Source: a virus (lineage: Duplodnaviria > Caudoviricetes). Taken from it: DNA of 51,528 bases. Position 1 is the first letter of the stretch. Every line of letters starts with the position of its first letter. Made by a program: the position numbers and the translations under genes. Where the stretch lies: positions 1-51,528 of the IMG/VR virus record IMGVR_UViG_3300027734_000103, one strand, 5' to 3'. The notes beneath the pieces were generated by a model. The model ran no database searches. It saw nothing but the letters and a program-made list of their open reading frames with translations, and had not been told where the DNA came from. Positions 8,199-17,672 of this stretch are shown piece by piece.

Positions 8199-8357
8199 TT
8201 GACAAAAGATGAACTGTATCTAGAGTTAGATAAGTTGATTAAGACTGACATGAATCAGTTGTTGGACGTGATGAATTATGTCAAACGAAGAGTCATGGAA
8301 GAAGAGGCACGTAAGAAGACAAACAATTTGTTAAATCGTTTAAGGGGGCGTAAATGA
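8199..8357 (+). CDS. hypothetical protein (52 aa, TTG start), not in ORF track
   Basis: Hand translation LTKDELYLEL...LRGRK; AGGGGG upstream; ATGA overlap with the next gene. Confidence 0.5.
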   Translation: MTKDELYLELDKLIKTDMNQLLDVMNYVKRRVMEEEARKKTNNLLNRLRGRK

Positions 8358-8593
8358 AAAGGTTAAAGGAAGAGTATCCAGATGTCATGACGATGGACGG
8401 TTATGACGATGCGATTATAGGTGTCGTTGAGAGGATTGGTTTAGAGGTAGTTTGTTATGACTTAGATAAAGTTATAGAGATATTAATGAAACAAGGCATG
8501 GACGAGCAGGATGCTTGGGATTGGTATCAGTTCAATATGGTTGGTTCGTGGGTAGGAGAGAAGACTCCAGTGTTCTTACAGAGGTTCGTATGA
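8354..8593 (+). CDS. conserved hypothetical phage protein
   Basis: DGYDDAIIGV...YD..K.IE.LM...DA.DW..FN..GSW.GE.TPVF motif common in aquatic phages. Confidence 0.8.
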   Translation: MKRLKEEYPDVMTMDGYDDAIIGVVERIGLEVVCYDLDKVIEILMKQGMDEQDAWDWYQFNMVGSWVGEKTPVFLQRFV

Positions 8594-8721
8594 ATCTGAG
8601 ATATGTACAGGTACTCCAAGAGTGTTCTGAATTGTCACTCGAAGAAATGAAAGATTTAGTGATGGCGTTAAATAAACTCATAGAGGAAGAAAATGACAGA
8701 AAAACAGAAACTTGTATATGA
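8590..8721 (+). CDS. hypothetical protein (43 aa)
   Basis: GAGG RBS and ATGA overlap; start revised from 8515. Confidence 0.55.
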   Translation: MNLRYVQVLQECSELSLEEMKDLVMALNKLIEEENDRKTETCI

Positions 8722-8923
8722 CTTCATCCAGATGTTCTTAAAACTCAAGGGGTTTGCTCCTTCGTACTCCGAGATTGCTCAAGGTCTAGGAATGACCTCT
8801 AAGTCAAATATTCATCGGCATGTCCACACTCTTCGTGAGAAGGGTTTACTTCAGATAAGACCTCATATGGTTCGTTCCATGAAGGTGATAGATAACTCAG
8901 TGAAGCACGTTGTGAATCTTTAA
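8693..8923 (+). CDS. LexA-type N-terminal winged-HTH DNA-binding protein (no peptidase domain)
   Basis: MTEKQKLVYDFI.....KGFAPSYSEIAQGLG..SKS..HRHV..L.EKGLL matches the LexA DNA-binding domain pattern. Confidence 0.85.
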   Translation: MTEKQKLVYDFIQMFLKLKGFAPSYSEIAQGLGMTSKSNIHRHVHTLREKGLLQIRPHMVRSMKVIDNSVKHVVNL

Positions 8924-10428
8924 TGACTCTATTAACTCAGAAAGAGGTTAGTGATTACAGGAAGTTGTTAGATATTCTTCCTGCCAATCATAAAGATATA
9001 CCAAAGATACACGCTATCTTTGCTGAGGATAAGAAGGAACGCTGTCGTAATAACTTCATGCCGTTTGTCAAGGACATGTGGTCAGCCTTTATTGCTGGTA
9101 AACACCACAAAGACATGGCGGAAGCATTTGAAAGAGTGGCTGAAGGTTCGCTTAAACGGTTAATTATCAATATGCCGCCTAGGCACACCAAGTCTGAGTT
9201 TGCCTCTTTTCTGTTTCCCGCTTGGTACCTCGGTAAGTTTCCTGAAAAAAAAATAATTCAGACCGCCCACACCGCAGAACTAGCAGTGGGCTTTGGTCGT
9301 AAAGTGAGGAATCTGGTTGCCACCAGCGATTATCAAGCCATATTTCCCACCAAACTGTCTAGCGACAGTAAAGCAGCCGGACGATGGAACACCAACAAAG
9401 GCGGTGATTATTTTGCGATTGGCGTTGGAGGAGCAGTTACCGGTAAGGGTGCGGACGTTCTCATTATTGATGACCCACACTCCGAGCAAGAAGCCATGCA
9501 AGGCACGGCTAATGTCTATGATAGGGTTTTTGAATGGTATAACTCTGGCCCACGACAGCGACTCCAACCGGGCGGTGCCATCATTATTGTGATGACAAGG
9601 TGGTCTAAAAAGGACTTAACGGGACAAATTGTTAAAAGTGCATCTAAAAGAGAAGGGGACGACTGGGAGGTGATTGAGTTCCCTGCTCTCATGCCTAGTG
9701 GTAAACCCTTATGGCCTGAGTTCTGGTCACAAGAAGAATTAGAAGCCATTAAGGCTGAACTGCCGGTTGGTAAATGGGAAGCCCAGTATCAACAGAATCC
9801 CACCTCAGAAGAGGGCGCTATCATTAAAAGAGAAATGTGGCAGCGCTGGGAAGAAGACCGCATACCAGACTGTGACTACATTATCCAGTCATGGGATACG
9901 GCTTTTGAAAAAAACAACAGGGCTGACTACAGTGCCTGTACCACATGGGGCATCTTCTACCAACCTAATAACAAGGGTAATCCGGTAGCCAATATCATTC
10001 TATTAGATGCTATTAAAGAACGGTTAGAGTTCCCAGAATTAAAGACTAAGGCGATGGAGCAGTGGAAAGAATGGGAGCCGGATACCCTGATTGTAGAAAA
10101 AAAGGCGGCAGGTGCTCCCTTAATTTATGAATTAAGAAGAATGGGAATTCCTATTTCTGAATATACACCAAGCAAAGGAAATGATAAGATAGCCCGTGTA
10201 AACGCTATATCTGATTTATTTGCCTCTGGTTTGGTATGGTGTCCAGAAACTCGTTGGGCTGATGAAGTCATGGAAGAGTGTGCGTCATTCCCAAATGGCG
10301 ACCACGATGACCTTGTTGACTCAACCAGTCAGGCTTTATTACGGTTCCGGCAAGGAGGTTTCATTCGGCTGCACAGCGATGAAGAAGATGAGCCTACGGT
10401 GTTTAAACGCAAAGTAACGTACTACTAA
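8923..10428 (+). CDS. terL: terminase large subunit
   Basis: INMPPRHTKS (Walker A), LIIDDPH (Walker B), SWDTAF and HDDLVDS nuclease motifs. Confidence 0.95.
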   Translation: MTLLTQKEVSDYRKLLDILPANHKDIPKIHAIFAEDKKERCRNNFMPFVKDMWSAFIAGKHHKDMAEAFERVAEGSLKRLIINMPPRHTKSEFASFLFPAWYLGKFPEKKIIQTAHTAELAVGFGRKVRNLVATSDYQAIFPTKLSSDSKAAGRWNTNKGGDYFAIGVGGAVTGKGADVLIIDDPHSEQEAMQGTANVYDRVFEWYNSGPRQRLQPGGAIIIVMTRWSKKDLTGQIVKSASKREGDDWEVIEFPALMPSGKPLWPEFWSQEELEAIKAELPVGKWEAQYQQNPTSEEGAIIKREMWQRWEEDRIPDCDYIIQSWDTAFEKNNRADYSACTTWGIFYQPNNKGNPVANIILLDAIKERLEFPELKTKAMEQWKEWEPDTLIVEKKAAGAPLIYELRRMGIPISEYTPSKGNDKIARVNAISDLFASGLVWCPETRWADEVMEECASFPNGDHDDLVDSTSQALLRFRQGGFIRLHSDEEDEPTVFKRKVTYY

Positions 10429-10433
10429 GGATA

Positions 10434-12908
10434 ATGATGATTGATAAAAGTCTATACCAAGCACCTCTCGGATTAGATTCTCTAGACACCGAGACCCCAG
10501 ATATTGAAATTGAGATTGTTGACCCCGAATCCGTCATTATTGGCCTCGATGGTATTGAAATTGAAATCACTCCGGGTGACGACAGAGAGGAAGCCTTTGA
10601 TTCCAATCTTGTAGAATTCCTTGATGAGAGCGTAGTTGAGGACGTAATTAATGAATTAATGTCCGACTATGAAGATGATGTAGCCTCCCGTAGGGATTGG
10701 ATGCAAACCTATGTTGATGGCTTAGAACTCCTCGGTATGAAGATTGAAGAAAGAACCGACCCGTGGCCCGGTGCCTGTGGAGTCTATCACCCCCTACTAT
10801 CTGAAGCCTTGGTTAAGTTTCAAGCAGAAACCATCATGGAAATCATGCCAGCCTCTGGTCCGGTTAAGACTGAGATTATTGGTAAGGAAACGCCAGAGAA
10901 GAAAGAAGCAGCGGTTCGTGTACAGGCTGACATGAACTACCAGATTACCGATGTCATGACCGAGTTTAGACCGGAAACTGAACGGATGTTATGGGGTTTA
11001 GGTCTAGCAGGTAATGCGTTTAAAAAGGTCTACTACGACCCAAACATGGAACGCCAAGTATCTATTTTTATTCCCGCAGAAGATGTCGTGGTACCTTATG
11101 GGGCTTCTAATTTAGAGACCGCTGATAGGATTACCCACGTCATGCGAAAGACTGAAAACGAAGTAAGACGACTGCAAGTGGCTGGATTCTATGATGATAT
11201 TGAATTAGGCGAACCCAACAACACGCTTGATGAAGTAGAAAAAAAGATAGCAGAAAAGATGGGCTTTCGGGCTACATCCGATGACAGATACAAACTGTTA
11301 GAAATGCATGTCAATTTAGATTTGGAAGGTTATGAACATAAAGATAAAGATGACGAGCCTACTGGCATTGCTTTGCCGTATGTGGTCACGATTGAAAAGG
11401 GCAGTAATAAGTGTTTATCAATTCGTAGAAACTGGAATGAAGAGGATAAAACATTCCAAAAGCGTCAGCACTTTGTGCACTATGGCTACGTTCCGGGCTT
11501 TGGTTTCTATTGTTTTGGTCTTATCCATCTTGTTGGTGCTTTTGCCAAGTCTGGTACTTCCCTTATACGTCAACTGGTGGACGCAGGCACATTATCCAAC
11601 TTGCCGGGTGGCTTTAAAACCCGTGGCTTGCGAGTAAAAGGAGACGATACACCGATAGCGCCAGCCGAGTTCCGTGATGTGGATGTTCCGTCAGGAACCA
11701 TTAAAGATAACATTATGACCCTGCCGTACAAAGAACCAAGTCAGGTTCTCATGTCGTTACTGGGTACCATTGTTGAAGAGGGTCGTAGGTTTGCCGGAGC
11801 AGCCGATATACAAGTATCGGACATGTCGGCTAACTCACCAGTCGGTACTACCCTAGCAATTCTAGAAAGAACCATGAAGGTGATGTCTGCGGTACAGGCA
11901 AGAATTCATTATTCTTTAAAACAAGAGTTGCGTTTATTAAAAACCATTATTGCTGATTACACACCGGAGGATTACTCATATGAACCTATCGAAGGCGATA
12001 GACAGGCTAAAAAGTCCGACTATGATATGGTCGATGTTATTCCCGTGTCAGACCCGAACGCTGCTACTCTTTCGCAGAAAGTGGTCCAATACCAAGCCGT
12101 TATACAACTGGCGCAAACAGCCCCGCAAATCTATGACATGAAGTATCTGCATCGTCAGATGCTAGAAGTCTTAGGAATTAAAAACGCTGCCAAGTTAGTC
12201 AAACTAGATGACGATGAATTCCCGCTAGACCCAATCAGTGAAAACATGAATGCGGTTAACGGTAAGCCAATGAAGGCCTTTATCTATCAAGACCACGATG
12301 CCCATATTGCAGCGCACCAAGCATTTATGACCGACCCTGTGGTTACTAAGACTATTGGACAGAATCCCCAAGCCAATCAGATTATGGCGGCACTCCAAGC
12401 GCACATGGCTGAACACTTAGGATTCCAGTATCGTTCGCAAATTGAGAAACAAATGGGCGTTACCTTACCGGCTCCAGACGCACCGCTACCGGAAAGTGTG
12501 GAGGTTGAACTGTCTCGCTTAGTGGCAATAGCCAGCCAACAACTGCTAGAAATCCACAAAGGACAGGAAGCCCAGAAGAAATCCGAAGAGCAAGCAAAAG
12601 ACCCCTTGGTACAAATGCAACAGCAAGAATTGCAAATCAAAATGCAAGATGCCCAGCGCAAGATGCAAAAAGACCAAGCGGATATGCAAGCCAGAATGGC
12701 ACAGATTCAGACCGAGCAACAACGTATCCAGTCACAAGCCAACACCGATGCGATGCGTATTCAGTCTGAAGCGCAGTCATCTTCCATGCGGATACAGGCA
12801 GATATGGACAAAGCCAACGCTCAGAATGCTACCAAAACGGAACTCGAAAGATTACGAATTGGGGCAGATATAGCCAAGGCTAATGCTCAACTTAATAAAG
12901 GAAATTAA
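10434..12908 (+). CDS. portal protein
   Basis: Follows terL; 824 aa; GNAFKKVYYD motif; Q-rich C-terminal coiled-coil barrel as in P22-like portals. Confidence 0.9.
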   Translation: MMIDKSLYQAPLGLDSLDTETPDIEIEIVDPESVIIGLDGIEIEITPGDDREEAFDSNLVEFLDESVVEDVINELMSDYEDDVASRRDWMQTYVDGLELLGMKIEERTDPWPGACGVYHPLLSEALVKFQAETIMEIMPASGPVKTEIIGKETPEKKEAAVRVQADMNYQITDVMTEFRPETERMLWGLGLAGNAFKKVYYDPNMERQVSIFIPAEDVVVPYGASNLETADRITHVMRKTENEVRRLQVAGFYDDIELGEPNNTLDEVEKKIAEKMGFRATSDDRYKLLEMHVNLDLEGYEHKDKDDEPTGIALPYVVTIEKGSNKCLSIRRNWNEEDKTFQKRQHFVHYGYVPGFGFYCFGLIHLVGAFAKSGTSLIRQLVDAGTLSNLPGGFKTRGLRVKGDDTPIAPAEFRDVDVPSGTIKDNIMTLPYKEPSQVLMSLLGTIVEEGRRFAGAADIQVSDMSANSPVGTTLAILERTMKVMSAVQARIHYSLKQELRLLKTIIADYTPEDYSYEPIEGDRQAKKSDYDMVDVIPVSDPNAATLSQKVVQYQAVIQLAQTAPQIYDMKYLHRQMLEVLGIKNAAKLVKLDDDEFPLDPISENMNAVNGKPMKAFIYQDHDAHIAAHQAFMTDPVVTKTIGQNPQANQIMAALQAHMAEHLGFQYRSQIEKQMGVTLPAPDAPLPESVEVELSRLVAIASQQLLEIHKGQEAQKKSEEQAKDPLVQMQQQELQIKMQDAQRKMQKDQADMQARMAQIQTEQQRIQSQANTDAMRIQSEAQSSSMRIQADMDKANAQNATKTELERLRIGADIAKANAQLNKGN

Positions 12909-13108
12909 TGAGTGAAGACAAAGTATTAAAACATTTGGTTGAAAAACTGGATGACAAAGTGGCACAAATTCAAGAAGCACTTGGTAGCGGTTCCGCCAAA
13001 GACTACGTTGAATACAGAGCAATGGTCGGTGAAGTAAAAGGTCTCCTTACCGCCCGTTTAAACATCCTAGACCTACGCAAAAACATAGAGGAATCTGATG
13101 ACGAGTGA
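12908..13108 (+). CDS. hypothetical protein
   Basis: TAATG coupling; G.AKDY.EYR...G...GL motif typical after portal in this phage group. Confidence 0.75.
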   Translation: MSEDKVLKHLVEKLDDKVAQIQEALGSGSAKDYVEYRAMVGEVKGLLTARLNILDLRKNIEESDDE

Positions 13109-13511
13109 CATCCTACTGGCGACCAATCCAGACAAACCGATAATTATTGGCTCAATTAGTAAACCAGCAGAAGAAAAAGCAAAACAACTGCCAAGACCCA
13201 GCGGATACCACATCCTATGTGCTATTCCTGAGATAGAAGCAGAGTATGAAAGTGGTATTGTTAAAGCAGATAGCACGATTCAGTTTGAAGAAATGCTCAC
13301 TACTGTCCTTTTTGTTGTAGCAATTGGCCCAGATTGCTATAAAGACCCAACACGTTTCCCCTCTGGAGCGTGGTGTAAAGAAGGCGACTTCATCTTAGTA
13401 CGTCCCAATGCAGGTTCACGCCTTGTTATTCATGGTAAGGACTTTCGCATGATAAATGACGACTCGGTTGAAGGTACAGTAGACGACCCTAGAGGAATTA
13501 AACGCAAATAA
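13098..13511 (+). CDS. groES: co-chaperonin GroES-like protein
   Basis: P.GY.IL...SGIV...VVAIGPDCY...WCKEGDFIL...G..FRMINDDSV, the Cpn10 pattern. Confidence 0.85.
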   Translation: MTSDILLATNPDKPIIIGSISKPAEEKAKQLPRPSGYHILCAIPEIEAEYESGIVKADSTIQFEEMLTTVLFVVAIGPDCYKDPTRFPSGAWCKEGDFILVRPNAGSRLVIHGKDFRMINDDSVEGTVDDPRGIKRK

Positions 13512-13522
13512 GGAGTTTAAAC

Positions 13523-14464
13523 ATGGCTGATTTTGATAAGCAAGAGTATCGATTCCCCGATGAGGTGGAAAAAGAGACAAAAGTAGAGGTGGTTACCGAA
13601 GATTCCAACGTAGAAATTGAAATTGAGGACGATACACCCGAACAAGACAGGAATAAAAGCCCCCTACCGGACAATGTTCGTGAGGAATTGTACGAAGATG
13701 AGTTAACGGACTACTCTGCCAAGGTTAAAAACAAACTTTTGCAGATGAAAAAGTTAGCAAATGACGAAAGGCGTGAGAAAGAACGTGCCTATCGGGAGCA
13801 GCAAGAGGCAATTAACATTGCCCAGCGGTTAATGGAAGAGAATAAAAATCTCAAACGATTAGCAAACGATAATGAGAAGAGTATCTTGTTATCAGTCTCT
13901 AAAACAGTTGAATTAGAAATGGAGCAAGCCAAGAGAAACTATCGGGAAGCCTACGAAACTGGCGATACCGACAAAATCATTGAAGCCCAGCAGAAAATGA
14001 CTGAAGTTTCGATGAAAAACGACAAAGTAAAGAATTTTAGGTCTACCCCTTTACAAGTTGATGAAACTCCTGTACAAATGAGTCCAAGGGTGACCGCACC
14101 ACCTCCTGACCCAACCGCAGTAAACTGGCAGTCTCGGAATACTTGGTTTGGTGAAGATGATGAAATGACATCATTGGCTTTGGGTTTACATGAAAAACTC
14201 AAAAAGGAAGGCGTTGTAGTATCATCCAAAGAGTATTACAGACGTATTGATGAAACAATACAAAGACGGTTCCCAGAGAAATTTGAGACCGACACAGAAG
14301 AAAAGAGCGAACGCTCTACAAGACCAAGCACGGTTGTGGCACCCGCTACCCGTAGCACATCCTCCAAGAAGATTCGCTTGACTACGTCACAGCAGAGCAT
14401 TGCGAAGAAACTTGGTTTAACCAATGAGCAATATGCTCAAGCAGCATTAAAAATGGAGTCTTAA
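13523..14464 (+). CDS. capsid scaffolding protein (putative)
   Basis: Acidic N-terminus, coiled coil, C-terminal LT..Q..IAKKLGLT.EQYA; between portal and capsid. Confidence 0.75.
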   Translation: MADFDKQEYRFPDEVEKETKVEVVTEDSNVEIEIEDDTPEQDRNKSPLPDNVREELYEDELTDYSAKVKNKLLQMKKLANDERREKERAYREQQEAINIAQRLMEENKNLKRLANDNEKSILLSVSKTVELEMEQAKRNYREAYETGDTDKIIEAQQKMTEVSMKNDKVKNFRSTPLQVDETPVQMSPRVTAPPPDPTAVNWQSRNTWFGEDDEMTSLALGLHEKLKKEGVVVSSKEYYRRIDETIQRRFPEKFETDTEEKSERSTRPSTVVAPATRSTSSKKIRLTTSQQSIAKKLGLTNEQYAQAALKMES

Positions 14465-14465
14465 T

Positions 14466-14915
14466 ATGACAGCCAACAGAACACCCCGTGAACTAAATAC
14501 CCGTGCAATGGTAGAACGCCCTAAGCAGTGGAGTCCGCCAGAACTTTTGCCAGAACCTGACAAAGAACCGGGATATAGGTACAGATGGATTCGTGTCTCC
14601 AACTTAAATGTTGCTGACCCACGTAACCTTTCAGGAAAACTGAGAGAAGGTTGGGAGCCAGTCAAAGTTGAAGAACAACCGCAGTTCCAACTGCTAATCG
14701 ACCCCAATAGTCGTTTTAAAGACAACATTGAGGTTGGTGGATTATTGCTTTGCAAAACTCCAGAAGAGTTTGTTGAACAGCGTAATGCATATTATGCTAA
14801 ACAAACACAGGCTCAAACGGATGCTGTAGACAATAGTTTTATGAGTCAAAGCGACCCGAAGATGCCTCTCTTTAGAGAGAGAAAATCAACGACTAGTTTT
14901 GGTAAAGTAAATTAA
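14466..14915 (+). CDS. conserved head-module protein
   Basis: PGYRYRWIR...REGWEPV...VGGLLLCK motif; synteny. Confidence 0.7.
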   Translation: MTANRTPRELNTRAMVERPKQWSPPELLPEPDKEPGYRYRWIRVSNLNVADPRNLSGKLREGWEPVKVEEQPQFQLLIDPNSRFKDNIEVGGLLLCKTPEEFVEQRNAYYAKQTQAQTDAVDNSFMSQSDPKMPLFRERKSTTSFGKVN

Positions 14916-14933
14916 CTTTTTATGGAGTCTTAA

Positions 14934-15548
14934 ATGGCATATCCTACCGTAGCAGGACCTTATGGGTTCCAACCAATCAATCTGATTGGTGGTCAGGTAT
15001 TTGCTGGTTCCACTCGTCAAATCCCCATTGCTTCCGGCTCTGGCACTTCCATATTTTATGGTGATGTCGTGCGTCTGAACACTGGCGGAACTTTGTCCCG
15101 TGCAGCCACAGGTACTACTTCAGCAACTGACGCAGTTGGTATTTTCTTGGGTTGTGCATTCACAAACCCAACAACTTCCCAATTTTTGCAAACACAATAC
15201 TACCCCGGTGGTACTGTGGCATCTGATATTGTTGCTTATGTTTGTGATGACCCTGATGCTTTATTTAAAGTAGCAGTTCTCTCAACTAGCACAGCAATCA
15301 GCGGTTTAACCCGTGCGGCTGTTGGTCAAAACGTTGCTTTCTTCTTAACTGCTGGTAGCACAACTTCTGGCGATTCTAAAGAAGGTGTTTATAACTCAAC
15401 TGGTTCTACAACAACTTTACCTTTCCGTATCGTTGACGTTGTTCCAGAGACCGTTAACGCTTCTGGTTCGTATACTGAAGTGATTGTCAAATTCAACTTT
15501 GGCGTTCACACATATACATCAGCCACTAACGTTGTAACCGCTGCTTAA
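14934..15548 (+). CDS. capsid decoration / minor head protein (putative)
   Basis: PYGF.P, IFYGDVV, VGIFLGC, V.DDPD.LF motifs; directly upstream of the major capsid gene. Confidence 0.65.
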   Translation: MAYPTVAGPYGFQPINLIGGQVFAGSTRQIPIASGSGTSIFYGDVVRLNTGGTLSRAATGTTSATDAVGIFLGCAFTNPTTSQFLQTQYYPGGTVASDIVAYVCDDPDALFKVAVLSTSTAISGLTRAAVGQNVAFFLTAGSTTSGDSKEGVYNSTGSTTTLPFRIVDVVPETVNASGSYTEVIVKFNFGVHTYTSATNVVTAA

Positions 15549-15560
15549 AGGAGCAATTAA

Positions 15561-16475
15561 ATGGCTATTTCTCGTGCACAACTACTAAAAGAACTGCTCC
15601 CCGGCTTAAACGCATTGTTTGGCCTTGAGTACGCAACGTATGGACAGCAACATAAAGAGATTTATGAAACTGAATCATCTGAGCGTTCGTTCGAAGAAGA
15701 AACAAAACTGTCAGGCTTCTCTGCTGCTCCTGTTAAAAACGAAGGCTCCGCTATTCGTTACGACAATGCACAAGAGGCATTTACAGCCCGCTATAACCAT
15801 GAAACCATTGCTCTTGGATTTTCTCTCACTGAAGAGGCAATTGAAGACAACTTATATGACAGCCTATCGGCTCGTTATACGAAGGCATTGGCTCGTGCAA
15901 TGGCTTATACCAAGCAGGTAAAGGCGGCTGCTGTATTGAATAACGGCTTCACTAACTCTGCCGCTTATTACGGTGGTGATGGTGTACCTCTGTTCTCTGC
16001 CAGTCATCCGTTGGTTTCCGGTGGTACTAACAGCAACATTCCTACAACCGCTGCCGACTTGAATGAGACTTCTTTAGAAGCCGCAGTTATTCAAATTGCA
16101 GCATGGACGGATGAGCGTGGTCTGTTAATTGCCGCTAAACCTTGTAAATTGGTTGTTCCTCCATCACTCCAGTTCGTAGCAACTCGTTTGCTAGAAACTG
16201 AATTACGTGTTGGTACAACTGATAACGACATCAACGCTATCAAGAACAATGGTTCTGTATCAGAAGGTTACACAGTTAACAACTTCTTAACAGATACCAA
16301 TGCTTGGTTCCTAACCACTGACGTTCCTAACGGTATGAAGCACTTTGTGCGTACTCCGTTAAGCAACTCAATGGACGGTGACTTCGATACTGGTAACGTT
16401 CGTTACAAGTCTCGTGAGCGTTATTCGTTTGGTTGGTCTGACCCACTAGGTATGTACGGAAGCGCAGGAGCGTAA
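15561..16475 (+). CDS. major capsid protein (Mu gpT-like family)
   Basis: MAISRAQLLKELLPGLNALFG...FDTGNVRYKSRERYSFGWSD; strong codon bias; followed by a terminator. Confidence 0.9.
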   Translation: MAISRAQLLKELLPGLNALFGLEYATYGQQHKEIYETESSERSFEEETKLSGFSAAPVKNEGSAIRYDNAQEAFTARYNHETIALGFSLTEEAIEDNLYDSLSARYTKALARAMAYTKQVKAAAVLNNGFTNSAAYYGGDGVPLFSASHPLVSGGTNSNIPTTAADLNETSLEAAVIQIAAWTDERGLLIAAKPCKLVVPPSLQFVATRLLETELRVGTTDNDINAIKNNGSVSEGYTVNNFLTDTNAWFLTTDVPNGMKHFVRTPLSNSMDGDFDTGNVRYKSRERYSFGWSDPLGMYGSAGA

Positions 16476-16494
16476 TCTCTTTAGTTTGACAAAG

Positions 16495-16520
16495 ACCCCG
16501 CTCACAAGGCGGGGTTTTTT
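16495..16520 (+). terminator. Rho-independent terminator after the major capsid gene
   Basis: ACCCCGC-TCACAAG-GCGGGGT followed by a T run. Confidence 0.85.
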
Positions 16521-16534
16521 ATTATAAAAAAAGA

Positions 16535-16564
16535 TTGCAAGCCGTTTAAATTGCGTGTATAAAT
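16535..16564 (+). promoter_or_regulatory. candidate sigma70 promoter
   Basis: TTGCAA-17 nt (contains GTTTAAA)-TATAAA(T). Confidence 0.55.
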
Positions 16565-16570
16565 AGACAA

Positions 16571-16637
16571 CTGGGTATTTTTACTTATGCCAACCGCCCC
16601 AGCGGACGATGCAAAGATGGCATAGGGACTTTTGCAT
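16571..16637 (+). ncRNA. doubly pseudoknotted RNA element, candidate Mu-gpT-DE motif
   Basis: Pairings 16584-92/16618-26, 16594-97/16602-05, 16572-75/16598-601 and 16609-15/16631-37; located downstream of a Mu-gpT-like capsid gene. Confidence 0.55.
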
Positions 16638-16650
16638 AAAGGAAAATCAT

Positions 16651-17115
16651 ATGGGTTTCGCTACTCACCTAGGTCCTTGGTTATTAGGGACTGTTAAAAA
16701 CACTACTGGTACAACTGCTGGAACTATTCGCAACATGGGCGCAACTGTTGTTGCCCAAGAAGTTCAAGTTGTTTTTGGTACCCTAACCGGTACAGCATTT
16801 GTGCTACCTGCTGGCGCTTTAGTAACTGACGTTAAAGTTGTTACTTCTACCGTATTTAGTGCTGCAACTACTTGTAAATTAAGTATTGGCGCTGTTGATT
16901 TTACGACTACTGGTACAGTTACTTCTGTTGGTTCTGTGGCTTTGGGTGCTAATGCAACCACTCCCGGTGGTTGGTTAAACGTTGGCTCTACTGATGCTAT
17001 TGTTACCTACACATTGGCTGGTACTTCATTAACTACTGGTGCTGCAACTATTATTATTTCTTACGCAGTTTTGGGTTCTGACGGGGCTAATAACCCAACT
17101 GCATCCCAAAATTAA
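16651..17115 (+). CDS. virion structural protein (putative)
   Basis: AAGGA RBS, start MGFATHLGP (revised from 16609); T/G/A-rich beta protein. Confidence 0.75.
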   Translation: MGFATHLGPWLLGTVKNTTGTTAGTIRNMGATVVAQEVQVVFGTLTGTAFVLPAGALVTDVKVVTSTVFSAATTCKLSIGAVDFTTTGTVTSVGSVALGANATTPGGWLNVGSTDAIVTYTLAGTSLTTGAATIIISYAVLGSDGANNPTASQN

Positions 17116-17118
17116 TCT

Positions 17119-17136
17119 ACGGGGGCAACCCCGTTT
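17119..17136 (+). terminator. GNRA hairpin, weak terminator or stabiliser
   Basis: ACGGGG-GCAA-CCCCGT followed by only TT. Confidence 0.4.
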
Positions 17137-17153
17137 AAAAACTTAGGAGATTA

Positions 17154-17669
17154 ATGATGAGTATGCAATATGACGTAAAACAAGCGCACTTAAATGCGAG
17201 TGGGATTTTTGTTGTTGGGCCAACTCGTGTTAAAGGTGTGTCATTAACTGGTACGGCTACCGCTGGTCAATTAACTATATTTGATACATTAACAGCCCCT
17301 GTAACTACGGGAACTTATGCTCGTTCTACAACAACTGTTACGGTAACTCAAACAGCGCATGGATTAGCCAATGGGCAAGTTATTGGCATTGATTTTACTG
17401 CTGGTACAGGTGGTACTGCTACCAACGGAAACTATGCTGTCACGGTATTAACATCTAGTACTTTTACCATAACCGATATTAACTCTGGTTCAATTACTGC
17501 CGGTGCTGCAATGATTTATTCAACTGGCAAATGGCTAATGACATATGATGTAGCGGCTGGAGATTCGTATAACAACTCTCCAATAATTCCCGGAGAAGGT
17601 GTAAGAGCAGATACTGGTGTGTATGGTTATATATCAAACTTAACAGCAGCAAATATTTTTTACGGGTAA
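17154..17669 (+). CDS. virion structural protein with inserted beta domain
   Basis: AGGAG RBS; insert TVTVTQTAHGLANGQ...NGNYAVTV.TSSTFTI resembles the repeats in the nozzle protein. Confidence 0.7.
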   Translation: MMSMQYDVKQAHLNASGIFVVGPTRVKGVSLTGTATAGQLTIFDTLTAPVTTGTYARSTTTVTVTQTAHGLANGQVIGIDFTAGTGGTATNGNYAVTVLTSSTFTITDINSGSITAGAAMIYSTGKWLMTYDVAAGDSYNNSPIIPGEGVRADTGVYGYISNLTAANIFYG

Positions 17670-17672
17670 GAA

